From NCBI GenBank assembly GCA_028278265.1, contig JANQET010000013.1, positions 10,681 through 74,680 of the forward strand: a stretch of DNA of 64,000 bases, written 5' to 3'. The first letter of the stretch is position 1. Each line of letters opens with the position of its first letter. The stretch is from Myxococcota bacterium (GTDB taxonomy: Bacteria > Myxococcota_A > Polyangia > JAAYKL01). The notes below the pieces were generated by a model. The model did not search any database and was not told the DNA's origin. It saw only the letters and a list, made by a program, of their open reading frames with translations. Both the position numbers and the translations under genes were made by a program. Positions 9,356-19,537 of the stretch are shown here, in pieces.

Positions 9356-10084
9356 TTATCGTTTGATCCCGGTGTAAAGAGTGACCACCCCTCCGCTGAG
9401 CGGCGTATCGGTCACATCGGCAAATCCGGCCGCCGTCATTTTGGCAATAATCGCCGCCGGCCGGGGAAACGCTTCGATGGAATTGACCAGGTAGCGGTAG
9501 GCCTCCCCCCTGGATAGCAGGTAGCCCAGCAGGGGGATGACCGTGCGATTGTATATCCGGTGGAGCGCGCCGAACAAAGTGTTGGCCGGCTTGGACAGCT
9601 CGAGGATCACCGCCCGGCTCCCCGGTTTGAGCACTCGGTACAGCTCGCGAAAGGCCCGGGCCTGGTCATCGATGTTGCGCCAGCAAAAACCGGAAATCGC
9701 CCCGTCGAATTCCCCATCTCCAAAGTGCAGATCCGTGGCGTTCTCGTCGGCGAACAAAATTGACGGTTCCAACCCCCGCCTGGCTACCTTGGCCGCGGCA
9801 AAGACCCGCATTTCGTCCGCCGGATCAATCCCGACAACCCTAGCGCCGGGGGCCCGAACCACCAGCGCCGCCGAGAGATCCCCGGTACCGCTACCCACGT
9901 CCAGGTAGCGCTGACCGTCCTGAGGGGCGAGCGCATCGATCGCCTTGTTGCGCCAAGAGCGATCGAGCCCGAGGGAGAGCAGGCGATTGAGCAGATCGTA
10001 CCGCCGGGCGATCTGATTGAACATCTGCTGATTCTGCTCGGCAGAGATCAGGCTGTCCCGGTTCTGGGGCGGGCTAGCCGGCAT
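9356..10084 (-). CDS. menG: UbiE/MenG (demethylmenaquinone) methyltransferase
   Basis: MFNQIARRYDLLNRLLSLGLDRSWR, LDVGSGTGD, RVLKPG and AYRYLVNSIEAFP motifs. ATG 10084 overlaps the end of the upstream gene. Confidence 0.9.
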   Translation of the reverse strand: MPASPPQNRDSLISAEQNQQMFNQIARRYDLLNRLLSLGLDRSWRNKAIDALAPQDGQRYLDVGSGTGDLSAALVVRAPGARVVGIDPADEMRVFAAAKVARRGLEPSILFADENATDLHFGDGEFDGAISGFCWRNIDDQARAFRELYRVLKPGSRAVILELSKPANTLFGALHRIYNRTVIPLLGYLLSRGEAYRYLVNSIEAFPRPAAIIAKMTAAGFADVTDTPLSGGVVTLYTGIKR

Positions 10085-12221
10085 CGCTGGTAATTTCGAC
10101 GGTGAGAATGCGATCCCCTTGCTCCAGCTGATCGGCGACCGCCATGCCGGAGATGACCCGTCCGAACACCGTGTAGTTCCCATCGAGATGGGGTTGCCTG
10201 GAGAGGGTGATGAAAAACTGCGACCCCCCTGTGTCCCTACCGGCGAGCGCCATGCCCACTGTCCCTCGACGGTACGGTACCGAGCTCACCTCGCAGCGCA
10301 GGGCATACCCCGGATCCCCCAGCCCCGTGCCCGTCTGATCCCCCGCTTGAACCACGAAGTTGGGCACCACGCGGTGAATTTCGGTGTCGTCGAAGTGCTG
10401 CGCGCGGGCCAATTCGACAAAGCTGCCCACCGTCCCCGGTGCCAGTCGGCCGTCGAGGGCGATGACCACCTCGCCCTGGGTTGTGGTCACCCGGGCGAAC
10501 AGGGATTGGTTGCGCCAGTGGGTTTTGTCTTCGGGAGAGACCGGCCGGGTCGGTGTCGGGGCGTCGGTGCCGGGTTCGATTGCTTCTTTCCACTGCTTGA
10601 GGGCTGTTCGTGCGGCTCGGCGCACCGAGGGGCGTCCGTCTCGCGCCAACTTCAACAGCGTGGGTTTGGCCGCTTCGTCTTTCAGCGCGGCCAGCGCGCC
10701 GGCAGCGGAGATCAACGGGGTCACGGCGTGGTCAAACGGGGTGAAGCGCTCGACCACCCGATCGATCCCCGAGAGCACCTCCGGGCGGATGTTTCGCTTA
10801 CCGGGCGGACCGGAAGCGAAGCTGCTAGGGACGGTGCTGATCCCGTCCAACGCGGCGCTGACCACCGTCGCCCGGGAATCGGCAAGTGCGGTCACCACAG
10901 CGGTGACGGCGCGTGGTGTGGCCACCCGGGCCAAGGCGAACAGCGCAGCAACGGCGACTCTCAAATCGGCATCGCCGATGAAATCGATCATCATTTGAAC
11001 ATCATCGCTCGTGACGTCCTTTTTGGCGGCGAGTCGGGCGATCACCCGTTGCTTGCCCCGATAGGGCCGTTGCGGATCACAGGCGACAAGCCTCACGTCG
11101 TCGGTTCCAGCGATCTGGTAGACCAGACAGCGCACCAGGGACGCGCCCGCGGAATCGGGCCACCCCTGTCGGGCCAGCTGGTCGAGCAACCCTCGAGCTG
11201 TCGTTTGGATCGCCGGGTCGTCTGCACAGCGAATCGCCGCTTCGAAGGCGGCGCGAACCGTGTGAAGATAGGGGGAGGTGAGACGCTCGGGAGACGCGGT
11301 GAGCGATTGACCCACTATCTGTAGTAGATGGCTCGCCAGCGGGCATTTCTCCGTCGCTGAGGCAAAGGCCAATACCCCCGGCGCCGTGGCACTGACCCGA
11401 TCGTCCGTGTCCTCGAGTGCCCGGGTGAGCAACTCCCGGCTCAACCCACCGCGGCGGGCCAGGGCCCGCAGTGCGTAGGCGCGGACTTCCGCCGATTTGT
11501 CAGCGGACGCGACGTTGCTCAGATCCGCAAGCACGGATCCGGGAGTGGGGCTGGAACCGGCACAGCGGTAGAGGGCAAAGGCGCTGAACAGGCGCACCTC
11601 ATCAGCATCGTGACTGAGCCCGCTCGCGATACGAGTGATCACCTCCTCAGGCAGGGGCACGCCCCGCAAGCCCGCCAATCCCAGGGCCTGCAACGCCCCG
11701 GCGCGAACCTGATCCCGCTTGTCCTGCACCAGGGCGATCGCCGGTCGGAGATCCACCGCACCGCCGATTCGGCCGAGGGTGAGGAGCAGGGTGACGATGC
11801 CTTCGGGACGGGCCTCTCGACCGAGTCGCTCGGTCACCGCCTCGCTGAGATCCCGGTGGGCTTGCTCATCCAAAAGTCCGCAGGCAAATGCCGCATTGTC
11901 GCGCACCTGTGCTTGTTCGTCTTCCAGCAGGGCGATCAGGGTTCCCGCCGCCGCCGGATCGCCGATGCGGCCCAAGGCCAGGGCCAGGTGCGAGCGAATC
12001 GCCGGATCGGCTGTCGAACCGAGGGCCAGTTGTGCAGGGCTCACCGTTCGCCGATCCTCCGCTTCATCGATCACGGCCAGCGCTTGATGCCAGGGGAGCT
12101 GATCAGCCACTGGTGTGGCGCGAGGCGTGCGCTTGGGGTCTGTGGTCGCCGGACCGCAACCATTGGACAGCAGCAGTCCGATGACAATGATCGCAGCGGG
12201 TTGAAATCGGTGTTCAATCAT
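10074..12221 (-). CDS. HEAT-repeat lipoprotein with C-terminal cyclophilin-type peptidyl-prolyl isomerase
   Basis: Lipobox-like SNGC; repeated LALGRIGD/VR..AAFA HEAT units; C-terminal IHRVVPNFVVQAGD, GTVGMALAGRDTGGSQFFIT and PHLDGNYTVFGRV. Confidence 0.9.
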   Translation of the reverse strand: MIEHRFQPAAIIVIGLLLSNGCGPATTDPKRTPRATPVADQLPWHQALAVIDEAEDRRTVSPAQLALGSTADPAIRSHLALALGRIGDPAAAGTLIALLEDEQAQVRDNAAFACGLLDEQAHRDLSEAVTERLGREARPEGIVTLLLTLGRIGGAVDLRPAIALVQDKRDQVRAGALQALGLAGLRGVPLPEEVITRIASGLSHDADEVRLFSAFALYRCAGSSPTPGSVLADLSNVASADKSAEVRAYALRALARRGGLSRELLTRALEDTDDRVSATAPGVLAFASATEKCPLASHLLQIVGQSLTASPERLTSPYLHTVRAAFEAAIRCADDPAIQTTARGLLDQLARQGWPDSAGASLVRCLVYQIAGTDDVRLVACDPQRPYRGKQRVIARLAAKKDVTSDDVQMMIDFIGDADLRVAVAALFALARVATPRAVTAVVTALADSRATVVSAALDGISTVPSSFASGPPGKRNIRPEVLSGIDRVVERFTPFDHAVTPLISAAGALAALKDEAAKPTLLKLARDGRPSVRRAARTALKQWKEAIEPGTDAPTPTRPVSPEDKTHWRNQSLFARVTTTQGEVVIALDGRLAPGTVGSFVELARAQHFDDTEIHRVVPNFVVQAGDQTGTGLGDPGYALRCEVSSVPYRRGTVGMALAGRDTGGSQFFITLSRQPHLDGNYTVFGRVISGMAVADQLEQGDRILTVEITSDAG

Positions 12222-12284
12222 GGGCCGCAGTATAGCCAGCTCGAGCATTCGCGCAAAACAAAGTTCACCGGTCAGCCCGTCGGT

Positions 12285-13196
12285 TTACGCGATCAGACCG
12301 CTGAGCACCGGTAGAATGTGCTGATCGACCTCTTCGTCGGTGCTCGGTGTGGGAATCCCGTCTCGCAGGATCCACCGTTCCCGATGGGTGACGCAAGCGC
12401 CGGGTTCGACAGGGGACATGGGACCCAGGGTCTCCAACTCGAGCATCTGCCCATCGGTGAACACCTCCAGGTTGCAGTCCCGGTCCGGATAGGTTCCCGC
12501 TGCCAGGTGGGGGGCACTTTTGGCGAACAGGAGGCCGTTGCGGACGTACGCGAGCCACCCTTCCGGTGTCCGGAGGCCGATTTTTTGCGGGGTGGTGGCG
12601 GCCGAATCCTGGCGCATCAAGATGTACTTGCGGCCCCAGGTGTAGCGGCGATCGGCCAGATCCGTGTATGCCCAGAGCGCCAATGAGCTGGTGGGCAGCA
12701 GGTTTTCCCCATGGCTCCCTCGAGGGGGCAAAGGAATCACCGCGATGCCGCCGGGGGCCATCACCGACAAGGCCCAGGGGGCCAGCGCGACCGGCCACAG
12801 ACCCCGGTTGTGCAACCGGTGGGTAATCGTTGCGGTGTTTTGCCCCGGCAGCAGTTGGATTTCCAGTTCCTTTTGAATCCCGGTTGACGACTCCAGAGGC
12901 TGGACCAGGCAAACCCGGTCATCGAGCAGCTCAATCTCAACCCGCCCATTGTCCGGGCAGTAGGTGCGAGGTTGAGCTTCCGGCGCGTGCCACAAACGAT
13001 GTCCCCCGTAGTTGACCCACTCCCGATCCCCAGTGCGTCCCACCAATTCCTCGTACACCTTGAAGGCATTTTCCCCATCAGCCAAACCGAACCAGATCAC
13101 TCGAGGACCTACATCGGTCGTCACGATCAACTTCAGCCGCTCATTGGACAGGCAATAGCAGTTGGGCCAACCACCGTATTCGATTTGTTTCGCCAT
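12285..13196 (-). CDS. DUF4380-like protein, probable galactose-mutarotase-like fold
   Basis: Real start is MAKQIEYGGW at ATG 13196 with a GGAG RBS; the track ORF is over-extended. Motifs VTTDVGPRVI, YGGHRLWHAPE, YPD, LELETLGP and HRERW. Divergent from the xylan operon. Confidence 0.7.
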   Translation of the reverse strand: MAKQIEYGGWPNCYCLSNERLKLIVTTDVGPRVIWFGLADGENAFKVYEELVGRTGDREWVNYGGHRLWHAPEAQPRTYCPDNGRVEIELLDDRVCLVQPLESSTGIQKELEIQLLPGQNTATITHRLHNRGLWPVALAPWALSVMAPGGIAVIPLPPRGSHGENLLPTSSLALWAYTDLADRRYTWGRKYILMRQDSAATTPQKIGLRTPEGWLAYVRNGLLFAKSAPHLAAGTYPDRDCNLEVFTDGQMLELETLGPMSPVEPGACVTHRERWILRDGIPTPSTDEEVDQHILPVLSGLIA

Positions 13197-13403
13197 AATT
13201 TCTCCTATTTTTTCACTGTCACTTTTGCGATACATTTTCAAAGTTAAATCGAGTTTCAGCGGGCCTCCGTCCCCCTTCCGAGGCTTCTCTTTTCTTTTGC
13301 AGACCGCCGGACTAAATTGCAACCCCGCTTTGGTTGGCCGTGTTGCCGGTGGTGATACGAGATACGGCTTGACAGGAATGGTCGAATTGAGGTCTACTGG
13401 TAT

Positions 13404-13432
13404 ATAGTTTGTTAGTACGGCATCCAAACAAT
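13404..13432. promoter_or_regulatory. Putative ROK/XylR-type operator upstream of the GH26-xyl operon
   Basis: ataGTTTGTT-agtacggca-TCCAAACaat, overlapping an extended -10-like TGgTATATA (13398-13406). Confidence 0.6.
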
Positions 13433-13553
13433 GGTTGTCGATCGAAAACTGATTGAACTGGAGACAACTTGCATGCTTTAATTTGCCGACATCAACGAAC
13501 CGGGCAATGGGGGTGCTTTCGTCCGGATGATTCGGCAAATGAGTGAAGGTGGT

Positions 13554-14789
13554 ATGGCAATGAACACGAAACAAAAGGGTGTAACAGCTGGCCTGGCATT
13601 GGGATTGACCGTGGCGTTCGCCGCAGTGACGTGGGGGTGTGGGGCGGCAGCTCCGGCCGAGCCCACTACACCGGTCGAGTTGGGGCCACCCAAGGCGGTC
13701 GAGCCGAAATTTGTTCCCCCGGACAATAAAATTTTGTTCATCATCGGGCAGGACGTGGAGTCGGTGCGCGAATATACCAAAGCGCTGCCCGATCCCCAAC
13801 CCGGGGGAGTGACGATGTACACCAACATGGTGGTTCACGAGCTCTCCCCCTTTCCTCCGCTCGCCGGGTTGACCCGCGGCGAAGACGAGGATGCGATGGT
13901 CACCGGCACGGCCAATTCTCAAAGCTCCCAAGTCATGGTGCGAGAAAATCCCAACTCAACGCTGGTGATTGGCCTGTACCTGGCCCACGCGGAAAAACAC
14001 GGGTGCTCAACTATGTACCTCGATAAAATCAATAAAGGTGAATATGACGAGTACATCGATGAGATGGCCAACTACCTCAAGTCGCTCAACCGGCCGGTCT
14101 ACCTGCGCATCGGCTACGAGTTTGACGGGTACTGGAACTGCTACAAGCCGGAGCCGCACAAAAAGGCGTTTATCCGCATGGTCAAACGGCTGCGCGAGCT
14201 GGGGGCGGACAACGTCGCTTCAGTCTGGCAGTCAGCCACCTGGCCCTTCGACAACACCGAGTGGGCCCAATGGTACCCGGGGGACGAATACGTAGACTGG
14301 ATCGGCTTTTCCTACTTCCTCGCCGACACCGGTTATCTGGAGAACCTTCCGCCGAATCCGGACCTGGCGCGGGAAAGCCTGTTGGCTTTTGCCCGATCCC
14401 GCAACAAGCCGGTAATGATCGCCGAAGCGTCGGATCAGGGGTACGACAACGAGGACCTGACCCGCAGCGTGATCAACAAAAACGCGATTAAACCACTGAC
14501 CCAGGAGCAAATCTGGGACGGCTGGTACCAGCCGTTCTTCGACTATATTCACGCCAACGCCGACGTCATCAAGGCGGTGGCCTACATCAACTCGGACTGG
14601 GACAGCCAGCCCATGTGGCAGTGCCGCCCGGGAATCCCCGGTGGGCAAGCCGGTTGTACGGACGGATACTGGGGCGACTCCCGGGTGCACGTCAATGAGC
14701 ACATCAAGACGAAGTGGGTCGAGGAGCTGAGCAAAGAGGTTTGGCTCCACGGCAGCCCGGAACTGTTCGGCATACTGGGACTGCGCTAA
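13554..14789 (+). CDS. GH26 endo-beta-1,3-xylanase-like lipoprotein
   Basis: Lipobox TWGC; IGQDVESV, RPVYLRIGYEFDG (acid/base E), WYPGDEYVDWIGFSYF, KPVMIAE (nucleophile), YINSDWDSQ and GYWGDSRV. These motifs match my recollection of marine Vibrio GH26 beta-1,3-xylanases. Confidence 0.85.
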   Translation: MAMNTKQKGVTAGLALGLTVAFAAVTWGCGAAAPAEPTTPVELGPPKAVEPKFVPPDNKILFIIGQDVESVREYTKALPDPQPGGVTMYTNMVVHELSPFPPLAGLTRGEDEDAMVTGTANSQSSQVMVRENPNSTLVIGLYLAHAEKHGCSTMYLDKINKGEYDEYIDEMANYLKSLNRPVYLRIGYEFDGYWNCYKPEPHKKAFIRMVKRLRELGADNVASVWQSATWPFDNTEWAQWYPGDEYVDWIGFSYFLADTGYLENLPPNPDLARESLLAFARSRNKPVMIAEASDQGYDNEDLTRSVINKNAIKPLTQEQIWDGWYQPFFDYIHANADVIKAVAYINSDWDSQPMWQCRPGIPGGQAGCTDGYWGDSRVHVNEHIKTKWVEELSKEVWLHGSPELFGILGLR

Positions 14790-14827
14790 CCCGGGGCACC
14801 CCCACAAATCAAAGAGAGGGCTTTAAG

Positions 14828-16321
14828 ATGGCATTGGTTGCGGGCATCGATTTGGGTACACAGAGCACAAAGGTCGTGGTCTACGATGCGGACAAGAAGG
14901 AAATCGCCTGTCGCGCACAGGCCCCTCACGACATCATCGCCGCTCCGGACGGCACGCGGGAACAGAAGGCGAGCTGGTGGATCGATGCGGTCACTCAGTG
15001 TTTTGCCCAGCTGCCGGAATCCGTCAAGAAGGATATCAAGGCGTTGGGGGTCTCGGGACAGCAGCACGGGTTCGTTCCCCTCTCCGACGGGGGCCAGGTG
15101 CTCTACAACGTCAAGCTGTGGAACGACACCTCCACGGCCAAGGAGTGCGATGAGATTCACCGGGCACTAGGCGGGGACGAGGAGGCGATGCGACTGGCCG
15201 GCAATCCGGTTCTACCCGGTTACACCGCCTCCAAAGTGCTCTGGCTGAAAAAGAACCATCCCAGCATTTTCAAACAAATTGCCACCATCTTGCTGCCCCA
15301 CGACTACCTCAATTTCTACCTCACCGGCGAGCGGGTGATGGAGTACGGCGATGCCTCGGGCACCGGCCTGTTCGACGTGCGCCGACGAACCTGGTGCGAG
15401 CCCCTCTGTCGCGCCATCGATCGGGAAAAGGGCCTCGAGGCCCTATTGCCCCCCTTTGTCGAACCGACCCAACCGGCGGGCCAGGTCAGCGCCAAAGCTG
15501 CCGCTGCACTCGGGATCCCTGCCGGGGCGCTGGTCTCCTGCGGCGGCGGGGACAACATGATGGGCGCGTTCGGTACCGGTGCGGTTAAAAACGGCGTGCT
15601 CGTGCTCAGCCTGGGCACCTCCGGAACGATGTACGGCTTCGCCGATAAACCGATCGTCCCGCCGGGCGGTGAGTTTGCCGCGTTCTGTTCGTCCAGCGGA
15701 GGCTGGCTGCCCCTGGTCTGCACGCTCAACTGCGCCGGTGCGGTGGCCAACGTGCGCGAGATGGTCGGGGTCGAGCTCGACGATTTCGACGGATTGCTCA
15801 CCGGCTCCGAGCCCGGTGCCGACGGTATGATCTGTCTGCCCTATTTCGACGGGGAGCGCACCCCCAATCTGCCGGCGGCCACCGCATCGCTGATGGGCAT
15901 GACGACCAGCAACTTCTGCAAGGAAAACGTGGTCCGGGCCGCGGTCGAAGCGACCGTGTTCGGGCTGAAGATCGGCTACGACGAAATGCGCCGAGCCGGT
16001 ATCCGGGCCAACGAGATTCGCGTGATCGGCGGCGGATCCAACAGCAAGCCCTGGTTACAGATCATCGCCGATATTTTCGAGATGAACGCAGTGGTACCGG
16101 TCGAGCAAGAGGCATGTGCCTTTGGCGCAGCCCTGCAGGCGCTCTTCTGCCGCCAAAATGCCACAGGTGAGCGGATCGCCGTTGAAGACCTGGTCGCCGA
16201 TCACTTACCCTTTGATCCGGACAAGTCGGTCGCCCCGATCGGCGAGAACACCGGTCGCTACGCAGAGATATTCGGTCGCTACGGTGAGCATCTGACCGCC
16301 GTGACACCGCTTTTTCGCTAA
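14828..16321 (+). CDS. xylB: Xylulokinase
   Basis: [40 protein letters not shown] and GGGS (FGGY kinase) motifs; adjacent to xylA. Confidence 0.95.
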   Translation: MALVAGIDLGTQSTKVVVYDADKKEIACRAQAPHDIIAAPDGTREQKASWWIDAVTQCFAQLPESVKKDIKALGVSGQQHGFVPLSDGGQVLYNVKLWNDTSTAKECDEIHRALGGDEEAMRLAGNPVLPGYTASKVLWLKKNHPSIFKQIATILLPHDYLNFYLTGERVMEYGDASGTGLFDVRRRTWCEPLCRAIDREKGLEALLPPFVEPTQPAGQVSAKAAAALGIPAGALVSCGGGDNMMGAFGTGAVKNGVLVLSLGTSGTMYGFADKPIVPPGGEFAAFCSSSGGWLPLVCTLNCAGAVANVREMVGVELDDFDGLLTGSEPGADGMICLPYFDGERTPNLPAATASLMGMTTSNFCKENVVRAAVEATVFGLKIGYDEMRRAGIRANEIRVIGGGSNSKPWLQIIADIFEMNAVVPVEQEACAFGAALQALFCRQNATGERIAVEDLVADHLPFDPDKSVAPIGENTGRYAEIFGRYGEHLTAVTPLFR

Positions 16322-16341
16322 GGCCAAGAAAGGAAATCAAG

Positions 16342-17679
16342 ATGAGCCCATCCAGCACTGACGCGTACTTTCCCAGCGTCCCCAAAATCGCCTATGAAGG
16401 CCCCAAGTCGGACAACCCGCTGGCTTTCAAATTCTACGATGAGAACCGCGTCATCGGTCAAAAGACCCTCAAAGAGCACCTGCGCTTTGCGGTCTGTTAT
16501 TGGCACACCTTCTGCGGTGACGGTTCGGATCCCTTTGGCATGGGCACCTGGCAGCGACCGTGGGCCGAGCACGCCGATCCGATGGATCGGGCCAAGGCCA
16601 AGATGGACGCCGCCTTCGAGCTTTTCGTCAAGCTGGGCGCGCCGTTCTACGTGTTTCACGACCGGGATATGTCCCCTGAGGGATCCTCGGTGGCCGAATC
16701 GGAGCGCAATCTCAGAACGCTGGTCGAACTGGCCAAGATCAAACAACAGGAGACCGGTATCAAATTGATGTGGGGCACCTGCAACCTGTTTTCCCACCCC
16801 CGTTACATGAACGGGGCGGCGACCAATCCAGATGTCAATGTCATCGCCCACGCCGCAGCCCAGGTCAAAGCCGGCCTGGAGGTGACAGTGGAGCTCGGTG
16901 GGGGTTGTTTTGTCTTCTGGGGCGGACGGGAGGGCTACTCCACCCTGCTCAACACCCAAATGAAGCGCGAGATCGAGCACGTGGGCCGGTTCTTCGAAAT
17001 GGCCCGGGATTACGGCCGGCGGATCGGCTTTACCGGCGATTTCCTGATCGAGCCCAAGCCGATGGAGCCCTCCAAGCACCAGTACGATTTCGACGCGGCG
17101 ACCGCCATCGGATTCTTGCGCCGGTTCGATCTGCACCGGGATTTCAAACTGAACATCGAAGCCAATCACGCCACCCTGGCCAACCACACCTTTGCCCATG
17201 AGCTGCAGACCGCGGCGGACGCGGGCATGTTGGGCAGCGTCGACGCCAACCGGGGAGACTATCAAAACGGTTGGGACACCGACCAGTTCCCCACTGATCT
17301 CTATCAAATCGTCGAAGCGATGATGATTATCTTGGAAAACGGGGGCTTCACCCGCGGTGGCTTGAACTTCGACGCCAAATTGCGACGCAACTCCACCGAT
17401 CTCGAGGATCTGTTCATCGCTCACATCGGCGCAATGGACGCCTTTGCCAAGGGCTTGGAGATTGCCCATCGCGTCATCGAGGACGGCCGCATCCCCCGTC
17501 TCCGCGAGGAGCGCTATCGCTCGTTCGACAGCGGTGTGGGCAAACAGTTCGAAGACGGCGAGCTGACCCTGGAGCAGCTGGCCGACCACGCGGCCAAGAG
17601 CGGGGAGCCGGCCCGCACCAGCGGCAAGCAGGAGTTGATCGAAAACATCATCAACCAAATCTGTTTCAGCGGCGAGTAG
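16342..17679 (+). CDS. xylA: Xylose isomerase (class II)
   Basis: [43 protein letters not shown] and GWDTDQF motifs. Confidence 0.98.
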   Translation: MSPSSTDAYFPSVPKIAYEGPKSDNPLAFKFYDENRVIGQKTLKEHLRFAVCYWHTFCGDGSDPFGMGTWQRPWAEHADPMDRAKAKMDAAFELFVKLGAPFYVFHDRDMSPEGSSVAESERNLRTLVELAKIKQQETGIKLMWGTCNLFSHPRYMNGAATNPDVNVIAHAAAQVKAGLEVTVELGGGCFVFWGGREGYSTLLNTQMKREIEHVGRFFEMARDYGRRIGFTGDFLIEPKPMEPSKHQYDFDAATAIGFLRRFDLHRDFKLNIEANHATLANHTFAHELQTAADAGMLGSVDANRGDYQNGWDTDQFPTDLYQIVEAMMIILENGGFTRGGLNFDAKLRRNSTDLEDLFIAHIGAMDAFAKGLEIAHRVIEDGRIPRLREERYRSFDSGVGKQFEDGELTLEQLADHAAKSGEPARTSGKQELIENIINQICFSGE

Positions 17680-17685
17680 GCCACG

Positions 17686-19299
17686 ATGAACGATAAAGCG
17701 GCCCTGATCCACAATCCGGTTCTCCCCGGATTTCACCCGGATCCATCGATCATTCGCGTGGGTGAGGACTACTACATGGCCACCTCCACCTTCGAGTGGT
17801 TCCCCGGCGTCAAGCTCCATCACTCGCGGGATTTGGCCCACTGGCGCTGTATCGGCTATGCCCTGACGCGAAAGAGTCAACTCGACATGTTGGGCAACAG
17901 CGTCTCCGGAGGCATCTGGGCGCCCTGCTTGTCCCATTGCGACGGGCGGTTCTACCTGGCGTTCACCGATGTGAAAAACCATCTCGGTGGGCCGGACAAG
18001 TCGGTACACACCTTCAAGGACACACACAACTACCTGGTGACCGCCCCGTCGATCACCGGACCCTGGTCCGAGCCCACCTATCTCAACAGCAGCGGATTCG
18101 ATCCCTCCCTATTCCACGACGATGACGGTCGCAAATGGCTGGTCAACATGGTCTGGGACCACCGGCCGGGACGCAACAAATTCGGCGGCATTCTGTTACA
18201 ACAATTCGACGAAGAGCAAGGCCGGCTGGTCGGTCCGATAGAAAAGATCTTCAGCGGAACCGATTTGGGCTGCACGGAGGGGCCCCACCTGTTCAAGCGA
18301 AACGGCTACTACTACCTCATCACGGCCGAAGGGGGCACCGGACTCGACCACGCGGCCACCCTGGCCCGGTCCGAGCAACTCACCGGTCCCTACGAAGTGT
18401 CGCCGATCCATCCGCTGCTGACTTCCAAGGGGAGTGATGATAACACCCTGCAAAAAGCCGGTCACGCCAGTTTGGTCCAATCCCAGTTCGATACCTGGTA
18501 CTTGGCCCATCTCTGCGGACGGCCTCTGGGGCCAAACCGGAGGTGCATCCTGGGCCGGGAATCCGCTCTACAGCGCGTGGTCTGGAATGAGCAGGACTGG
18601 CTCGAGCTGGAGCACGGTGGCAACCACCCCCGTCTCACCGTCGTTGGGCTCCCGGCAACGCCCCAAGCAGTCGAGACGACTGCTGAAATCGAGCACTTCG
18701 ACGGACCCGAGCTGCCGTCGGAGCTCAACAGTTTGCGTGTCCCGATCGACGATAGCTGGGCCAGCCTCACGGACTACCCGGGCCATCTGCGCCTCTACGG
18801 TCGCGAATCGCTACTCTCCAAGCACCGCCAATCGCTGATCGCCCGTCGCTTCGACGCCCTCGAGTTCGAAGCGAGTTGTTCGGTCGAGTTCGAACCGGAC
18901 AGCTTTTTGCAGATGGCCGGGCTGATCTGTTTCTACGACAATGAAAACTTCGTCTACCTGCAGCTGACCCACGACGAGGAACAGGGCAAGGTGCTGGTAC
19001 TGTCCCACAACGACAATGGGCAGTACGATGAACAGCTGATCGCACCCGCATCCGCGTTGGGGTCCGATCCGGTGGAGCTGAGGGTGCGGTTCAAGACAAC
19101 TGAGTTGTCATTTGCCTACCGCGTTGACCAACAGGACTGGCGTTCGGCAGGCCGCCCGTACGACGCGACCAAATTGAGCGACGAATACTGTCGGGAAGGC
19201 TGGTTTACCGGCGCGTTCGTCGGCATCTGTGCGCAAGATCTGAGTGGCCGGCGCCGACCGGCAGACTTCGACTGGTTCGCCTACCGCCGTCAACCGTGA
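17686..19299 (+). CDS. GH43 beta-xylosidase (cytoplasmic) with C-terminal beta-sandwich
   Basis: NPVLPGFHPDPSI, STFEWFPG, WAP, GFDPSLFHDDDG, EGPHL, AEGGT and FTGAFVG motifs; no signal peptide. Confidence 0.93.
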   Translation: MNDKAALIHNPVLPGFHPDPSIIRVGEDYYMATSTFEWFPGVKLHHSRDLAHWRCIGYALTRKSQLDMLGNSVSGGIWAPCLSHCDGRFYLAFTDVKNHLGGPDKSVHTFKDTHNYLVTAPSITGPWSEPTYLNSSGFDPSLFHDDDGRKWLVNMVWDHRPGRNKFGGILLQQFDEEQGRLVGPIEKIFSGTDLGCTEGPHLFKRNGYYYLITAEGGTGLDHAATLARSEQLTGPYEVSPIHPLLTSKGSDDNTLQKAGHASLVQSQFDTWYLAHLCGRPLGPNRRCILGRESALQRVVWNEQDWLELEHGGNHPRLTVVGLPATPQAVETTAEIEHFDGPELPSELNSLRVPIDDSWASLTDYPGHLRLYGRESLLSKHRQSLIARRFDALEFEASCSVEFEPDSFLQMAGLICFYDNENFVYLQLTHDEEQGKVLVLSHNDNGQYDEQLIAPASALGSDPVELRVRFKTTELSFAYRVDQQDWRSAGRPYDATKLSDEYCREGWFTGAFVGICAQDLSGRRRPADFDWFAYRRQP

Positions 19300-19396
19300 G
19301 CGCTGGATGATTCGCTGAGCACCGGATGGTCCGCTGCCATTTATTACGGCTTGCTCCCTCCTTTATTGCACTGTGCACAAATCAGCAGTTTTCTCC

Positions 19397-19455
19397 TTGA
19401 CAAGGATCAAAAAATTGCCTATACAATTAATATGTACGGAGAACAAACAAACTTT
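19397..19455 (+). promoter_or_regulatory. sigma70 promoter plus downstream ROK/XylR-type operator of the GH1 gene
   Basis: TTGACA (19397-19402), 17 nt, TATACA (19420-19425). It is followed by TTAATATGTACGGAGAACAAACAAACTTT (19427-19455), which is 22/29 identical to the reverse complement of the 52011 site. Confidence 0.72.
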
Positions 19456-19537
19456 CGACATAACAGGCAACTTAGCTCGATAAACACTTCCTTAATACTT
19501 TTGAATTTGAAACCGCCAGGAGGACGAGGGACAGAAG

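Noticed and set aside
13197-13931. N-terminal 244 aa of track ORF 12285..13931
   Set aside because: It overlaps the GH26 gene and its promoter on the other strand; the real start is ATG 13196 with an RBS.
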